A DNA stretch of 64,000 nucleotides from an uncultured Candidatus Sumerlaeota bacterium (GTDB lineage: Bacteria > Sumerlaeota > Sumerlaeia > MVZB01 > JAJFLK01). The notes under the pieces were generated by a model, which was given only the letters and a program-made list of their open reading frames with translations, did not search any database and had not been told where the DNA came from. Where the stretch lies: positions 50,595 through 114,594 of the forward strand of contig CAZRCZ010000016.1 in the NCBI GenBank assembly GCA_964598765.1, given 5' to 3'. Shown here one piece after another: positions 18,143 to 27,727 of the stretch. Position numbers and translations under genes: made by a program. Every line of letters begins with the position of its first letter. Position 1 is the stretch's first letter.

Positions 18143-19582
18143 ATGATTGCCACCGCCGCCTCTCCCATCGCCCTTGCCCGCGAACTGGGCCAGACGGGCG
18201 ATTATCAGGGCGCGATCAACGCGCTGAACGACGTTCTGCGGGGCGATCCCTCCAACGTCGAAGCGTTGTTCCTCATGGGAGCGTCGTGTTTCAAGCTGAA
18301 TATGTTCAGTCGCTCGCGGGAATCGTGGACGCGCGCGCTCAAACTCGATCCGAATTTCACCAAAGCTCAAAATTGGCTGAACAAACTTCCGGCGGCGGAG
18401 ACCGCCTATCTCATGGATCGCGCGCGGGCGCTCGGCCAGACGGGGGATTACCGGAGCGTTCTTCGGACGTGCAACGAACTGCTAAGCCTTTATCCCGATC
18501 ATATCGAGGCAAATTTCCTGCTGGGCGCGGCGTGCTTCAAGCTGGGCAATCCCGACCGCGCCGGCGAGGCTTGGCGCAAAGTTCTGCAACTCTCCCCCAA
18601 TCATGACAAGGCCAAACGGTGGCTTGCGAAGTTGCCGCAGGAGGAGCCGAGTGTGGCGCGGCGACCGGAGGCTATGGAATTTCCCGCCACGCCGGGGCAA
18701 ATTGACATCAGGCATCGTGAAAGCGGCGAGGTTTTGCGCACGGTCAAACAGGAGACGCTCGAAAGCGCGGACTTGGCCGGATGCGATCTTCGCCACGCCG
18801 AACTGCGCAAAGCGAACTTGAAGCGCGCCAATCTTTACGCCGCCGATTTGACCCGCGCCAATCTTCCCGACGCGGACCTGACCGACGCCAATTTGCGAAG
18901 CGCGGTTTTAACGGATGCCTGCCTCGCCGGAGCGAACTTAAAGGACGCCAATATGATCAGCGCATTTCTTCGCTCGGCCACGGCGTCGGACGCGAACTTG
19001 GGCGAAGCCAATCTGACACGCGCGATTTTAACCAATGCCAATTTGGAGGGATCGAATTTCCATGGAGCGACGCTGGTGGACGCCGATTTGGGGAACGCGG
19101 TTTTGACCGACGCCAACATGGCCGGAGCAAATCTGGAGGGAGCCGGGCTGGCCAGCGCGTTTCTGCGCTCCACGAATCTTGCGGGGGCGAACCTCGCGGG
19201 AGCCGACCTGCGGCGGGTCAACTTGAGCAACGCCAATTTGGAGGGGGCAAATCTGGAAGGCGCGCGAATGACCGGCGCGTTTCTGCGCGCGGCCAATTTG
19301 ACCAACGCCAATTTGTCGGGAGCCGTGCTGACCCGCGCCAACCTCAGTAGCGCGAATTTGGAGGGAACCAGTCTCGCCAACGCCGACTTGACCGACGCCG
19401 ATCTGGGAGGGGCGTTCCTGAGCGGTTCGTCTTTGGCCGGAGCGAAGGTCGCGGGCGCGAATTTCACCGGAGCCAACTTGGCTCAAACCAACCTTGAGGG
19501 AACCAATCTGGTTTTGGCCGGAACCAACGGCTCGGGCGCGGAAAAGAATTCCGAGGCCCTTACTCAGGTTCCTTCCGAATAA
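18143..19582 (+). CDS. TPR repeat plus pentapeptide-repeat protein
   Basis: N-terminal TPR-like repeats (two copies of LGQTGDY...EA.FL.GA.CFKL...W...L.L.PN). The C-terminal ~260 aa are uninterrupted A(N/D)L..A(N/D)L pentapeptide repeats. Confidence 0.8.
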   Translation: MIATAASPIALARELGQTGDYQGAINALNDVLRGDPSNVEALFLMGASCFKLNMFSRSRESWTRALKLDPNFTKAQNWLNKLPAAETAYLMDRARALGQTGDYRSVLRTCNELLSLYPDHIEANFLLGAACFKLGNPDRAGEAWRKVLQLSPNHDKAKRWLAKLPQEEPSVARRPEAMEFPATPGQIDIRHRESGEVLRTVKQETLESADLAGCDLRHAELRKANLKRANLYAADLTRANLPDADLTDANLRSAVLTDACLAGANLKDANMISAFLRSATASDANLGEANLTRAILTNANLEGSNFHGATLVDADLGNAVLTDANMAGANLEGAGLASAFLRSTNLAGANLAGADLRRVNLSNANLEGANLEGARMTGAFLRAANLTNANLSGAVLTRANLSSANLEGTSLANADLTDADLGGAFLSGSSLAGAKVAGANFTGANLAQTNLEGTNLVLAGTNGSGAEKNSEALTQVPSE

Positions 19583-19780
19583 CTGTTGTTCCAGCCTCCG
19601 GGTAGCTCGTTTCTCCGTGAAGATTAGGATCGGCTCGATAAATTCAGCTCGACCGTTACAGGGTCGAGCTGGCGGGAGACGTTGTCCACGGATTCCGCCT
19701 TCGGCTCCACCCGTGGCTACCTTCCTTCGTTCCCTACGGGATTAAGATAAAGACAACGGTCGGATGAATCTTTGGGCTGA

Positions 19781-20245
19781 TCAGCAATTCTTCTCTCCCG
19801 GCTCCTCTTCGGCAAGATTTAACATCGCCGCGGCGACGTCGGTATTGTCCACCACCGTGGCGGCGTTGACGGCAAACGCCACGCCGACCGATTCCTTGAT
19901 TTCGTCCATCGTGGCCCCCAGCGCGCGCGCCTTGCGAATGTGCCCCATCAGGCATCCCTGACAACCGGTGATGGCCGAGGCGGCAATCGCGATCAATTCC
20001 TTGGTTTTGCGGTCCAGCGCGCCGGGATCGAAAATTTCCTTATACGTGCCGTGGTAGCTTCGCCGCGTGGATTCCTTGATGAGAGCGAGAGAGGGAACAT
20101 CCTGCGGGCGTCCTAGCCGGGAACGCCGCGCGGGCGTTTCCTTGGGAGCCGACGCGCTGTCAGTCTGTCCCGTTTCGTGAGGATGGGATGTTGGGATTGA
20201 TTTGGTGTGGCTCATATGCCCCGGATACCGCCATGAATCCAGCAT
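19781..20245 (-). CDS. carboxymuconolactone decarboxylase/AhpD-like family protein
   Basis: CxxC-H core (ITGCQGCLMGH) typical of the AhpD/CMD fold. Confidence 0.65.
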   Translation of the reverse strand: MLDSWRYPGHMSHTKSIPTSHPHETGQTDSASAPKETPARRSRLGRPQDVPSLALIKESTRRSYHGTYKEIFDPGALDRKTKELIAIAASAITGCQGCLMGHIRKARALGATMDEIKESVGVAFAVNAATVVDNTDVAAAMLNLAEEEPGEKNC

Positions 20246-20409
20246 TTTCCCGCTCCGCTTCGTCTGGTGTCAAGGATGATCCGGCTTCGTATCGGACTGG
20301 AATTTCAAAAAATTCATTTTTTCTTATTCTTCCGCTTGCTCCCGCCGAAAAAACTTGTAAAAGTATGCGAAATCCATTCGGACACTGATTTCCCTTCAGG
20401 AGGACTCTC

Positions 20410-21435
20410 TTGATCCCTCAACGCCTTCTTCGCGCTTCCTTCACCGGGTTGGTCCCGATTCTTTTCGCGTTTGCGGGTTGCGCCGCTCGGACCGTCCAGC
20501 ACGGCTCAACCACGCTGAGCGATCCGACGATCAAATATGAGCTCGTGAAAAGTCCTTCGGTTCAGATTCAATGGGGAGCCGGCGAGGAGCAAATGCTTCA
20601 TGCGGCATTGGCGGGCAATGATGCCGTGGGAACCGCGCACAAGGCGGGATACAACGGGTTGGCCGAACTTCATTATGGCAATCGACCGAGTCCGTTTGTT
20701 CAGTCTTATGCCGGATTGAATCTGGAGCACGTTCTCAACGGCAAGAATCCCGAAACGGACGATCTGCGTTTTGAACCGCGCCGCCAGCCGATGGAAATCC
20801 GGAAAATTGACGACCAAACGTATGAGTTGTATCAGGCGGCGTTGCCGGAAACGGGATTGGAAAGTTGCGTGAGATTTGAATTCCATGCTCCCCATTACAT
20901 TGATGTCACGTTCGAGTGCGTTCCGCGCAAGGATAATTTTCCCCATGGCTATTTGAACGTATTTTGGGCGAGCTACATCGCCCAACCGAGAGACCCGGCG
21001 ATTTATTTCACCGGACGCCTCAAGGGGGATTTGGTTGAGCGATGGATCAGGGCGCACTCGCCCAAACACGGCGAAGCGGCGACGCATCGGGGTTCCACCG
21101 ACCGCCGGGACTTCGAACACGACACCCCGTTTGACCTCACGCTTGTTTTCAATGAGTCGGAAGATGAATACACGCGCCCCTTCTATTACGGACGATTCGA
21201 GAAATTCGTTTGGGAAGTCATGTTTCACCAAAAGGATTTGGTGCGGTTGACGCAATCGCCGTCGGGCGGCGGAGAGGGCAACCCGGCGTGGGATTTTCAA
21301 TGGTTCATCGAACATCCGCGCAAGGACCAACTTTATCGTCTCCAGTATCGCGCCCTCTACAAACCGTGGCTTGGAGTCGAGGACGTCGTGGACGAATACG
21401 AAAAATTCAGGCGGGAAAGCGCATCGGTTCACTAG
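20410..21435 (+). CDS. lipoprotein of unknown function
   Basis: Signal peptide with lipobox (LFAFAG|C). No recognised catalytic motif. The overlapping antisense ORF 20506-21432 is judged spurious. Confidence 0.6.
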   Translation: MIPQRLLRASFTGLVPILFAFAGCAARTVQHGSTTLSDPTIKYELVKSPSVQIQWGAGEEQMLHAALAGNDAVGTAHKAGYNGLAELHYGNRPSPFVQSYAGLNLEHVLNGKNPETDDLRFEPRRQPMEIRKIDDQTYELYQAALPETGLESCVRFEFHAPHYIDVTFECVPRKDNFPHGYLNVFWASYIAQPRDPAIYFTGRLKGDLVERWIRAHSPKHGEAATHRGSTDRRDFEHDTPFDLTLVFNESEDEYTRPFYYGRFEKFVWEVMFHQKDLVRLTQSPSGGGEGNPAWDFQWFIEHPRKDQLYRLQYRALYKPWLGVEDVVDEYEKFRRESASVH

Positions 21436-21479
21436 ACGGACGTTCCGGCCGCGTGGCGCGGGCGACTCACGCGTAAGAT

Positions 21480-22421
21480 TTATTTTTCAATCATTTCAAG
21501 TTTGACGTCGAGGTTCTCGGGGATGGAAGTTCCCTTGATTGCTTCCATCGCTTTTTCCACCGCGACGCGCCCCATTTCCGCCGGATTTTGAGCGACGGAA
21601 CCGAGCATGGCTCCCTTCTTGATCGCGGCTCGCGCGTCCTCAATCGCGTCGAATCCGACGACCTTGATTTGCCCCGTCTTTCCCGCGCCGGCAATGGCTT
21701 CAACCGCGCCAAGCGCCATCAGGTCATTGCAAGCGAAGAGGCCGTTCACGTCCGGATGGCTCTGTAAAATGTTTTGAAAAACATTGAACCCTTGATCGCG
21801 CTCCCAATTCGCCGTTTGCGACGCGACGATTTGAACGTCGGGCGAACCCGCGATTCCGTCCTTGAATCCCCTTAGGCGGGCGTCGCCCGTCTCATGACCG
21901 GGAATGCCCTCGAGAACGGCCACCTTCCCCTTGCCGCCGAGCGCCTTGGCCATGAATTCTCCCGCGATTTTGCCTCCCGCGTAATTGTCCGACCCGATGA
22001 ACGTCGTCGTTTTTGCTCCGGCGGCCTGAGCGGTCTTGGCGTCCACGCGGGCATCCACGATGAGGACCGGAATTCCCGCTTGGTTCGCCTTTACCACGGC
22101 CGGCACAATTTCCTTGGAGCCGCTGGGCGTGATGCATAGGGCGTCAACCTTGCGTTGAATCAAATTTTCGACGATCTGCATTTGTTTTTCGATGTCAAGT
22201 TCGCGCTCGGCCGCTTGGACGACGAGCTTGACCCCCGATTTTTTTTCTGTTTCCCGCGCTCCCTTCTCCATGTCAATGAAGAACGGATTGTTGAGAGTCT
22301 TCATTACGAAACCGATGGTCGGCTTTTTTTCCGCCGGTTCTTCCTTGCGTCCGCACGCCGACAAAACGAGGCCGAGCGTGGACAAGGCAAACCCGAATCG
22401 AATCCCTTTCGATAATTTCAT
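21480..22421 (-). CDS. sugar ABC transporter periplasmic substrate-binding protein (RbsB/ribose-xylose family)
   Basis: Lipoprotein-type signal (LSACG). GFVMKTLNNPFF..., DALCITP and ACNDLMALGA are blocks typical of periplasmic-binding-protein type I sugar binders. ATG at 22421 overlaps the upstream gene stop (ATGA). Confidence 0.8.
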   Translation of the reverse strand: MKLSKGIRFGFALSTLGLVLSACGRKEEPAEKKPTIGFVMKTLNNPFFIDMEKGARETEKKSGVKLVVQAAERELDIEKQMQIVENLIQRKVDALCITPSGSKEIVPAVVKANQAGIPVLIVDARVDAKTAQAAGAKTTTFIGSDNYAGGKIAGEFMAKALGGKGKVAVLEGIPGHETGDARLRGFKDGIAGSPDVQIVASQTANWERDQGFNVFQNILQSHPDVNGLFACNDLMALGAVEAIAGAGKTGQIKVVGFDAIEDARAAIKKGAMLGSVAQNPAEMGRVAVEKAMEAIKGTSIPENLDVKLEMIEK

Positions 22422-25400
22422 GCGCGCATCCTTTCGGTCACGGATCGTAACAAATCGGTCGTCTTGTTCGATTGGAGATTTGGCGATGCTTCGGTTTCCG
22501 TCCAAGGCTTGGCAAGAATTCCGAGCCATTTGTCCATTTCCCTGCCGGGAGACACGCGCGAAAAAATTGCCTCGCCGATGTGTTCACCCAACTCACGGTA
22601 GCTCTCCCATTGCGCCTCGTCGAAATCCTGATCCACCGTCGGCTCCTGCGGAAAAGTCTCCATCGCGCTCTTGTAATTCAGCAGGTCCTCGGTTTCGTTG
22701 CCGCTCAGGCTCGGCTTGACGACCAAAATGACCGAAGCGGGCGCGCCGTATTTTCCGGTGAATTCCATTTCTTTTCCGCATTCCACCGGATAGAAGACCC
22801 AAGCCAGCGCGGCATGAGGTCCGATGGCGGCGCCGGTTGGAATCCCCTCCAAGTTACGCTCGCGCAATTGCTCCAATGTTCCAATGACGGAACGGAAGTC
22901 GTGATGGACGTAACGACGAATGTCATCCTCGTTGAAGAATCGAATCTCCGCTCCGAAATCGAGCCGCGCCTTGCGCACAAGATTTGCCAGATCGGCAAAT
23001 TCATAGGCGGGATCCATACCGTCGTCCAGAATAACGATGAAGGGGAGTCGGCGGCGGATCAATTCGTACGCTCCCGTGTTTTCAAAGTGACCGCCGTCGG
23101 AAAGGTTCCAATACTTGCGGGCCGGACCGTGGAAGCGTCCGAGAAATTCGTCAAGGAGATAGGACTGCGCGGGGAAGAGCGCGCTGAATCCCTCGCCGAT
23201 TTTCCGGCTCCAACCGATCGGCGTCCGGATGCTCCGCGAATGGGGCGCGATGCCGCTGTTCCACCAGTAGCCGAGCCGAAGGTTGAAGTAGGCGTGGAGC
23301 AGACTCACGGCGGGATTGGTGGCCGGTCCCATTCCCGTCGAGAAAGCCGCGCCCGAAACCGACATCCATGATCCAAGCGAAAGCGTTTCCACGCGGTTGA
23401 CCGTATTGAATATTTGAAATTGACCCCGTTTGGATTCGGAGTCGGCGCGATAAACGACGTCGCGTTCCGGCAACCATCGCTCCAGATATTCCACGAACCA
23501 ATCGTCCCGAAGGTCCGCGACCATTTCGCTTTCGGTCGTCCTTCGGTCAACCCGCGAGCCGGGAGGATGTTTCCAGACGGCGTGGTCCGACTTGCCGACG
23601 CTGATGCCGCAGGGTCCGACGGTGAGACCCAGTCCCTTTCGGTCCCGCCATTCGATTTGGGATTTGCCGCTCACCGTCTCGTTGAGGGTGATGTTGAGAA
23701 GATGAAGCGGGCCGCCCCGTCGCTGAGGCGCGTAATCGTGGAAATAAACCTGATCCCCTTGAATGATGTCGGTGACGTTTTGTCCTTCCGGTTTCCATCG
23801 TCGGCGGTTGGACGCTCCGAGATAAGCGCGGGTAAGTCTCGCTCCGTAGAGCGCCTGCAACGAGGAAAGATTGACGAAATTCACGAAGAGACCGACCAGC
23901 AATCCGCAAAACGCGAAGGCGAAGAAGAAGAAAAGAATCGCCGGAAGGCTTCTTTCGCCTAGAGGCAGGCTTTCAATCCTGCCCGCTGGATTCGGTTGCT
24001 GTTCCGCGCTTGCCTTGACCCCCTCATAAAGCACCCGACCCAAATCCCCATGAGGCGACTTCCACCGCCACGCGAAACCGTGTCCCAGCGCGTTGACGGC
24101 GACCAACGTGAAGAGCACGCACGACACCGCCAATATCCAGACGAAAGCGGTCCTCAAAATGCTTATCCACGAATGGGTCAACGACCCCGACAACAAAGCT
24201 TTGATTTGATGCGCGAGTCCGGCGAGCAGAACCAAAAGACTGAGCGCAAGGAAGGATTTCAGATTAAAGAGAAAGGCCGTCGCGCCGACGTGATGGACCA
24301 CCGCATAAACCGTTTGGCCGAGGGAATCAATCACCGAAAAAATCCAGAGCGAAGCCGTGACGATCAATCCTTCCGCGAGGGCCGTCGTCAAATTTCGGCG
24401 GATGCGGGAGGCGGTTTCCTGCGGCGAAAATTCCTGCGGATTTCCCGATGCGGCCTGCGCGATGAAATAGTACAGCGCACCGAAACCCGCGACGATCACC
24501 ATCGTCAATCCCGCCAGATAGACGAGCGGTTGGTCGGCGCTTCCGGGAACGTAGGGAAGCGCGATCCAATAAATCAATCCCAGACCGACGGTCAACCAAA
24601 ACGCCAATCCCAGCCGCCAATTTCTTCGGTGAAATCGCAGGGGCGTCAGCCAAAACGCCCAACCCATCGGCAAGACCCAAAAGATGAAGGGAAGCAAAGG
24701 GGTCCAAACCCATGGACTCCACCAAATTCTCGATCCCGCATGAGGGGCCGGAAGGGGAAACCGCGCCAGAATTTCGCGCAATGGCCCGACGTGGCTCAAT
24801 ACCTCCCGAAGCGCGTCGGCTCCCATGAAGACCATCAGGAACAGGACGCAAAGGGTCAAGTGGATCGTCACCCAGTTGCGGAGTTGGAACGCGACGCCGG
24901 TCCAGAGGTCCGCCGTTCCGTTGGGCGAAAGGTAGCGTCCGTTCTCGCGCAAGAATCGCACCGAAGGGGAGCGTGAATCGGCGAGCGTCGCCTCCACCTC
25001 CTCCACGCGCCGATTGTCACCCGCGCGCTTTTTCTCATGATTGCCCGATTCCCGATCAATCCGCGAACGGGTGAAGAGGCTTCCCAAGAATCCTCCGAAA
25101 TAGCCGCCGCCCGAAACCGTGGAAAGGTAATCAATTCTGCGGATCAGGCCGCGCCGCGCCAGCGATTGAAAAAGCCCCAGCGAAAAAGTCGCGCTCCGTA
25201 TGCCTCCTCCCGAAAGCGCGACGCCAAGGCGGTTGTCTTCTTTCTCGGCGGATGGGAGTCCGGCCGCTTTTCGACGCTCCGCGAGTTGATGACGTTCCGC
25301 TTCGCGGAGTTGGTCAGGATAATAGCGATCGGGCGGGTGCGGGGAATGATCCCTCGTTCCGCGGGCGCGGGGAGGCGAAGATTTTTTGAGGATGCGTGGC

Positions 25401-25459
25401 TGGGGCTTCCACGCGCCATTGCCCCGATTCGAGGAGCCGTTATTGGATCGTTTAGCCAT
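22418..25459 (-). CDS. patatin-like phospholipase domain protein with large polytopic membrane insertion
   Basis: Patatin oxyanion motif GVALSGGGIRS and serine-hydrolase block STVSGGGYFGG lie near residues 80-125. The catalytic Asp block LSDGGHFENTG lies near residue 770. Between them are about 8-10 predicted TM helices (residues ~190-560). Confidence 0.7.
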   Translation of the reverse strand: MAKRSNNGSSNRGNGAWKPQPRILKKSSPPRARGTRDHSPHPPDRYYPDQLREAERHQLAERRKAAGLPSAEKEDNRLGVALSGGGIRSATFSLGLFQSLARRGLIRRIDYLSTVSGGGYFGGFLGSLFTRSRIDRESGNHEKKRAGDNRRVEEVEATLADSRSPSVRFLRENGRYLSPNGTADLWTGVAFQLRNWVTIHLTLCVLFLMVFMGADALREVLSHVGPLREILARFPLPAPHAGSRIWWSPWVWTPLLPFIFWVLPMGWAFWLTPLRFHRRNWRLGLAFWLTVGLGLIYWIALPYVPGSADQPLVYLAGLTMVIVAGFGALYYFIAQAASGNPQEFSPQETASRIRRNLTTALAEGLIVTASLWIFSVIDSLGQTVYAVVHHVGATAFLFNLKSFLALSLLVLLAGLAHQIKALLSGSLTHSWISILRTAFVWILAVSCVLFTLVAVNALGHGFAWRWKSPHGDLGRVLYEGVKASAEQQPNPAGRIESLPLGERSLPAILFFFFAFAFCGLLVGLFVNFVNLSSLQALYGARLTRAYLGASNRRRWKPEGQNVTDIIQGDQVYFHDYAPQRRGGPLHLLNITLNETVSGKSQIEWRDRKGLGLTVGPCGISVGKSDHAVWKHPPGSRVDRRTTESEMVADLRDDWFVEYLERWLPERDVVYRADSESKRGQFQIFNTVNRVETLSLGSWMSVSGAAFSTGMGPATNPAVSLLHAYFNLRLGYWWNSGIAPHSRSIRTPIGWSRKIGEGFSALFPAQSYLLDEFLGRFHGPARKYWNLSDGGHFENTGAYELIRRRLPFIVILDDGMDPAYEFADLANLVRKARLDFGAEIRFFNEDDIRRYVHHDFRSVIGTLEQLRERNLEGIPTGAAIGPHAALAWVFYPVECGKEMEFTGKYGAPASVILVVKPSLSGNETEDLLNYKSAMETFPQEPTVDQDFDEAQWESYRELGEHIGEAIFSRVSPGREMDKWLGILAKPWTETEASPNLQSNKTTDLLRSVTERMRA

Positions 25460-25474
25460 GATGACGATTCTCCT

Positions 25475-26311
25475 TCATGCGCGCTCGGCCTCGCGCACCC
25501 AGCCGATGATACGTTCGGCGGTCGGCTCCGGATGCGACGAAATAATGACATGGGGCGCGCGCGGGATCAAATGGCTTTCAAATCGGCACTCGCCGGGGAG
25601 GATGGAAGCCAGCGTTCCGATTTCGCGTTTCACGGGCACGATCCAATCCCAGTCCCCGCCGACGTAACGCACCGGGACGCGAACCTCCGACAAACGTCCG
25701 CGATAATCGGAAGATTGAATCAGCCGCAAACGATTGACAAGGGCGAGTCGGCCCTTGCGCGTCCGCGAGGCAGGATAGAGAACGCCGTTCGATTCGACGG
25801 ATTCGGCTTTTTGGGGCGACGCCGGTTTCTTCCTCCGATTTCGTCCGCGCAAGACGGTGTAAAGATCAATGCCGCTTTCAAAAATTGGCGTTGGCAACGC
25901 GCTCAATCCCCACCGCGCCAGACCGACCTTGGGAACGCCGGGGGGTTGGACGAATCCGCCGACGAGAGTCAACGATTTTACCCGCCGAGGTTGACGCAAC
26001 GTCAACTCCCATCCCACGAGCGAACCGAACGATTCGGCGACGACGTGAACTTGATCGGCCTTGATCTCATCGAGGATCGCTTCGACCGCCCGGACGAAAT
26101 CCTCGATCTCCCAATCGGCGATGCGCGGATACGCAATCTCAACCAGATTCAAACTTTGAGAGAGCAATGGACGCGCTCGGCCCAAATGCGTCCAATCACC
26201 GTGAATGCCGGGAAGAAACAGGACGGCCGGTTTGTCCCGGTTAATCTTCCCGCGATAACTCAGTCGGTCTTCCTGATAAGAGCCTTCCACGGATATCGCG
26301 CCTCGTTCCAT
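25475..26311 (-). CDS. alpha/beta hydrolase fold protein
   Basis: Nucleophile elbow VVAESFGSLVG (GxSxG). About 280 aa. Located 16 bp upstream of the patatin-like gene on the same strand. Confidence 0.7.
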   Translation of the reverse strand: MERGAISVEGSYQEDRLSYRGKINRDKPAVLFLPGIHGDWTHLGRARPLLSQSLNLVEIAYPRIADWEIEDFVRAVEAILDEIKADQVHVVAESFGSLVGWELTLRQPRRVKSLTLVGGFVQPPGVPKVGLARWGLSALPTPIFESGIDLYTVLRGRNRRKKPASPQKAESVESNGVLYPASRTRKGRLALVNRLRLIQSSDYRGRLSEVRVPVRYVGGDWDWIVPVKREIGTLASILPGECRFESHLIPRAPHVIISSHPEPTAERIIGWVREAERA

Positions 26312-26497
26312 TCCTTATACCCGAAATCCGGGGGCATTGCGCGGCAAATCGGTTTGCGCGGATCAAAGAAGAACTTTCAAGCGGAGTCGCGGCTCGGATG
26401 GCGTCAGTTTTGATGGCTAATTACCTGTCGGGAAATTCGGAGACCGGCTCACGGGGGTTCGTTCGCATGCCTGTCCCGCGAATTTTCCGAAGAGCAT

Positions 26498-26950
26498 TTA
26501 CTTTTTTGCGCTCCCCGGCCAACAGACGGGACACGGCCCTTTTCCGCGATACTTGTGTCCGCGACTGCACGTCTTCCATTCCCTCGCCTTCTCTTTCTCG
26601 TCGTTCCTCTTCATTCGCGCCTTGATCAGTTTCTGGATGAGCGCGGCGGGAAGTTTTTGGTCCAGCGGGAATCGGATGGTGGCTTTGGTCGTTTCATATT
26701 TCGCCAGTTCGCGGCGGTGTTCCTCGATGGTCGGCGTCGGGAGATAAAATCCGATGTGCGATTTCCAGAGACTGAAATACGCCAGCCGCCCCTTGTAGTG
26801 GTAGTAGGGCATTTGGTAGCTGATGCGCTCGGCGGCCTTCGGCGCGGCTTTGCGGATGACCGCCCGAAGCTCTTGGAGTTTCTTCCGTGCTTCCCTCGGA
26901 GCCGCGGAGATGTAGGCGTCAACGGTTGGGGCTTTGATCGGTTTTTTCAT
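26498..26950 (-). CDS. DUF1801 (YdhG-like) domain protein with Cys-rich C-terminal tail
   Basis: N-terminal ~110 aa resemble DUF1801. C-terminal CSRGHKYRGKGPCPVCW suggests a small zinc-binding extension. Confidence 0.55.
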   Translation of the reverse strand: MKKPIKAPTVDAYISAAPREARKKLQELRAVIRKAAPKAAERISYQMPYYHYKGRLAYFSLWKSHIGFYLPTPTIEEHRRELAKYETTKATIRFPLDQKLPAALIQKLIKARMKRNDEKEKAREWKTCSRGHKYRGKGPCPVCWPGSAKK

Positions 26951-27106
26951 GGTTGGATTGATGGGGTATTTGCCTTTGCGCCACCCTACTCGCTCCTTGT
27001 TCTCCTTGCCATGATTTAAGGAGAACTTTGTTGACTTCGACGGAGAACAGAGCCATTTTTGCGGACGCGGAAATGATCCGTGGCGGGACAGGCGGGGCGT
27101 GTGGCA

Positions 27107-27397
27107 ATGTCCGAGTTGTTATTCGAATGGGACGGGCAAAAGGCGGAGAAGAACAAACTCAAACACGGCATTTCCTTCGAGGAAGCCAAGGCGGTTTTCA
27201 ACGATCCCTTTGCCATCACCATTCCCGACCCGTTCCATTCCGAAAAGGAAGACCGGTGGGCGGACATTGGCCTCGCCGGCAATGACAAACTTCTCGTGGT
27301 ATGGTATGCTGAGCGTGGTGACCGCATCCGCCTGATCGGAAGCCGACGCGCGACACGGAGGGAACGAAGGATTTATGAAGGCGAAGAAGAGCGATAA
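27107..27397 (+). CDS. BrnT-family toxin (DUF497)
   Basis: MSELLFEWDGQKAEKNKLKHGISFEEAKAVFNDPFAI...RIRLIGSRRATRRERRIYEG is a classic DUF497/BrnT sequence pattern. Confidence 0.75.
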   Translation: MSELLFEWDGQKAEKNKLKHGISFEEAKAVFNDPFAITIPDPFHSEKEDRWADIGLAGNDKLLVVWYAERGDRIRLIGSRRATRRERRIYEGEEER

Positions 27398-27632
27398 GAA
27401 TACCGATGAAATGAAACGGGAATACGATTTTTCGGGCGGCGTCCGGGGAAAACATTATCGCGCCTACCGCGCCGGCCACCGCGTCCGGATTACCCGGAAG
27501 GACGGCTCCGTCGAAGAGCATCGCTTCACTCTCGAGGATGGCGCAATTGTGCTGGACCCGGATCTCCGCTCCCGATTCCCCAATTCGGATTCCGTGAACC
27601 AAGCCCTCCGTTCTCTTGTCGTCCTCCGTTAG
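27375..27632 (+). CDS. putative BrnA-like/CopG-family antitoxin
   Basis: Overlaps the 3' end of the BrnT gene. The EYDFSGGVRGKHY motif is typical of small antitoxins encoded downstream of DUF497 toxins. The C-terminal part is divergent. Confidence 0.5.
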   Translation: MKAKKSDKNTDEMKREYDFSGGVRGKHYRAYRAGHRVRITRKDGSVEEHRFTLEDGAIVLDPDLRSRFPNSDSVNQALRSLVVLR

Positions 27633-27727
27633 GAACAATCGCCTTTTCCGAATCAATCCTTTGCCGGATCGTAGGTCGGGTCTCCAGACCCGACACCAAT
27701 CCGCAAGACGACCGCGAAGCGGTCGAA

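Noticed and set aside
19583-19780. 10-bp perfect stem hairpin (cagctcgacc-gttacag-ggtcgagctg) between the pentapeptide and AhpD-like genes
   Set aside because: It is consistent with an ordinary bidirectional transcription terminator between convergent genes. Nothing further is indicated.
20506-21432. 308-aa minus-strand ORF overlapping the lipoprotein gene
   Set aside because: It has no signal, motif or RBS. The plus-strand ORF has a clean lipoprotein signal peptide. Judged a shadow ORF, though neither frame has homology support.
25037-26413. 458-aa plus-strand ORF overlapping the alpha/beta hydrolase and the patatin start
   Set aside because: It is antisense to two genes with clear catalytic motifs (GxSxG, GGGxR). 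It is Arg-rich and low-complexity.
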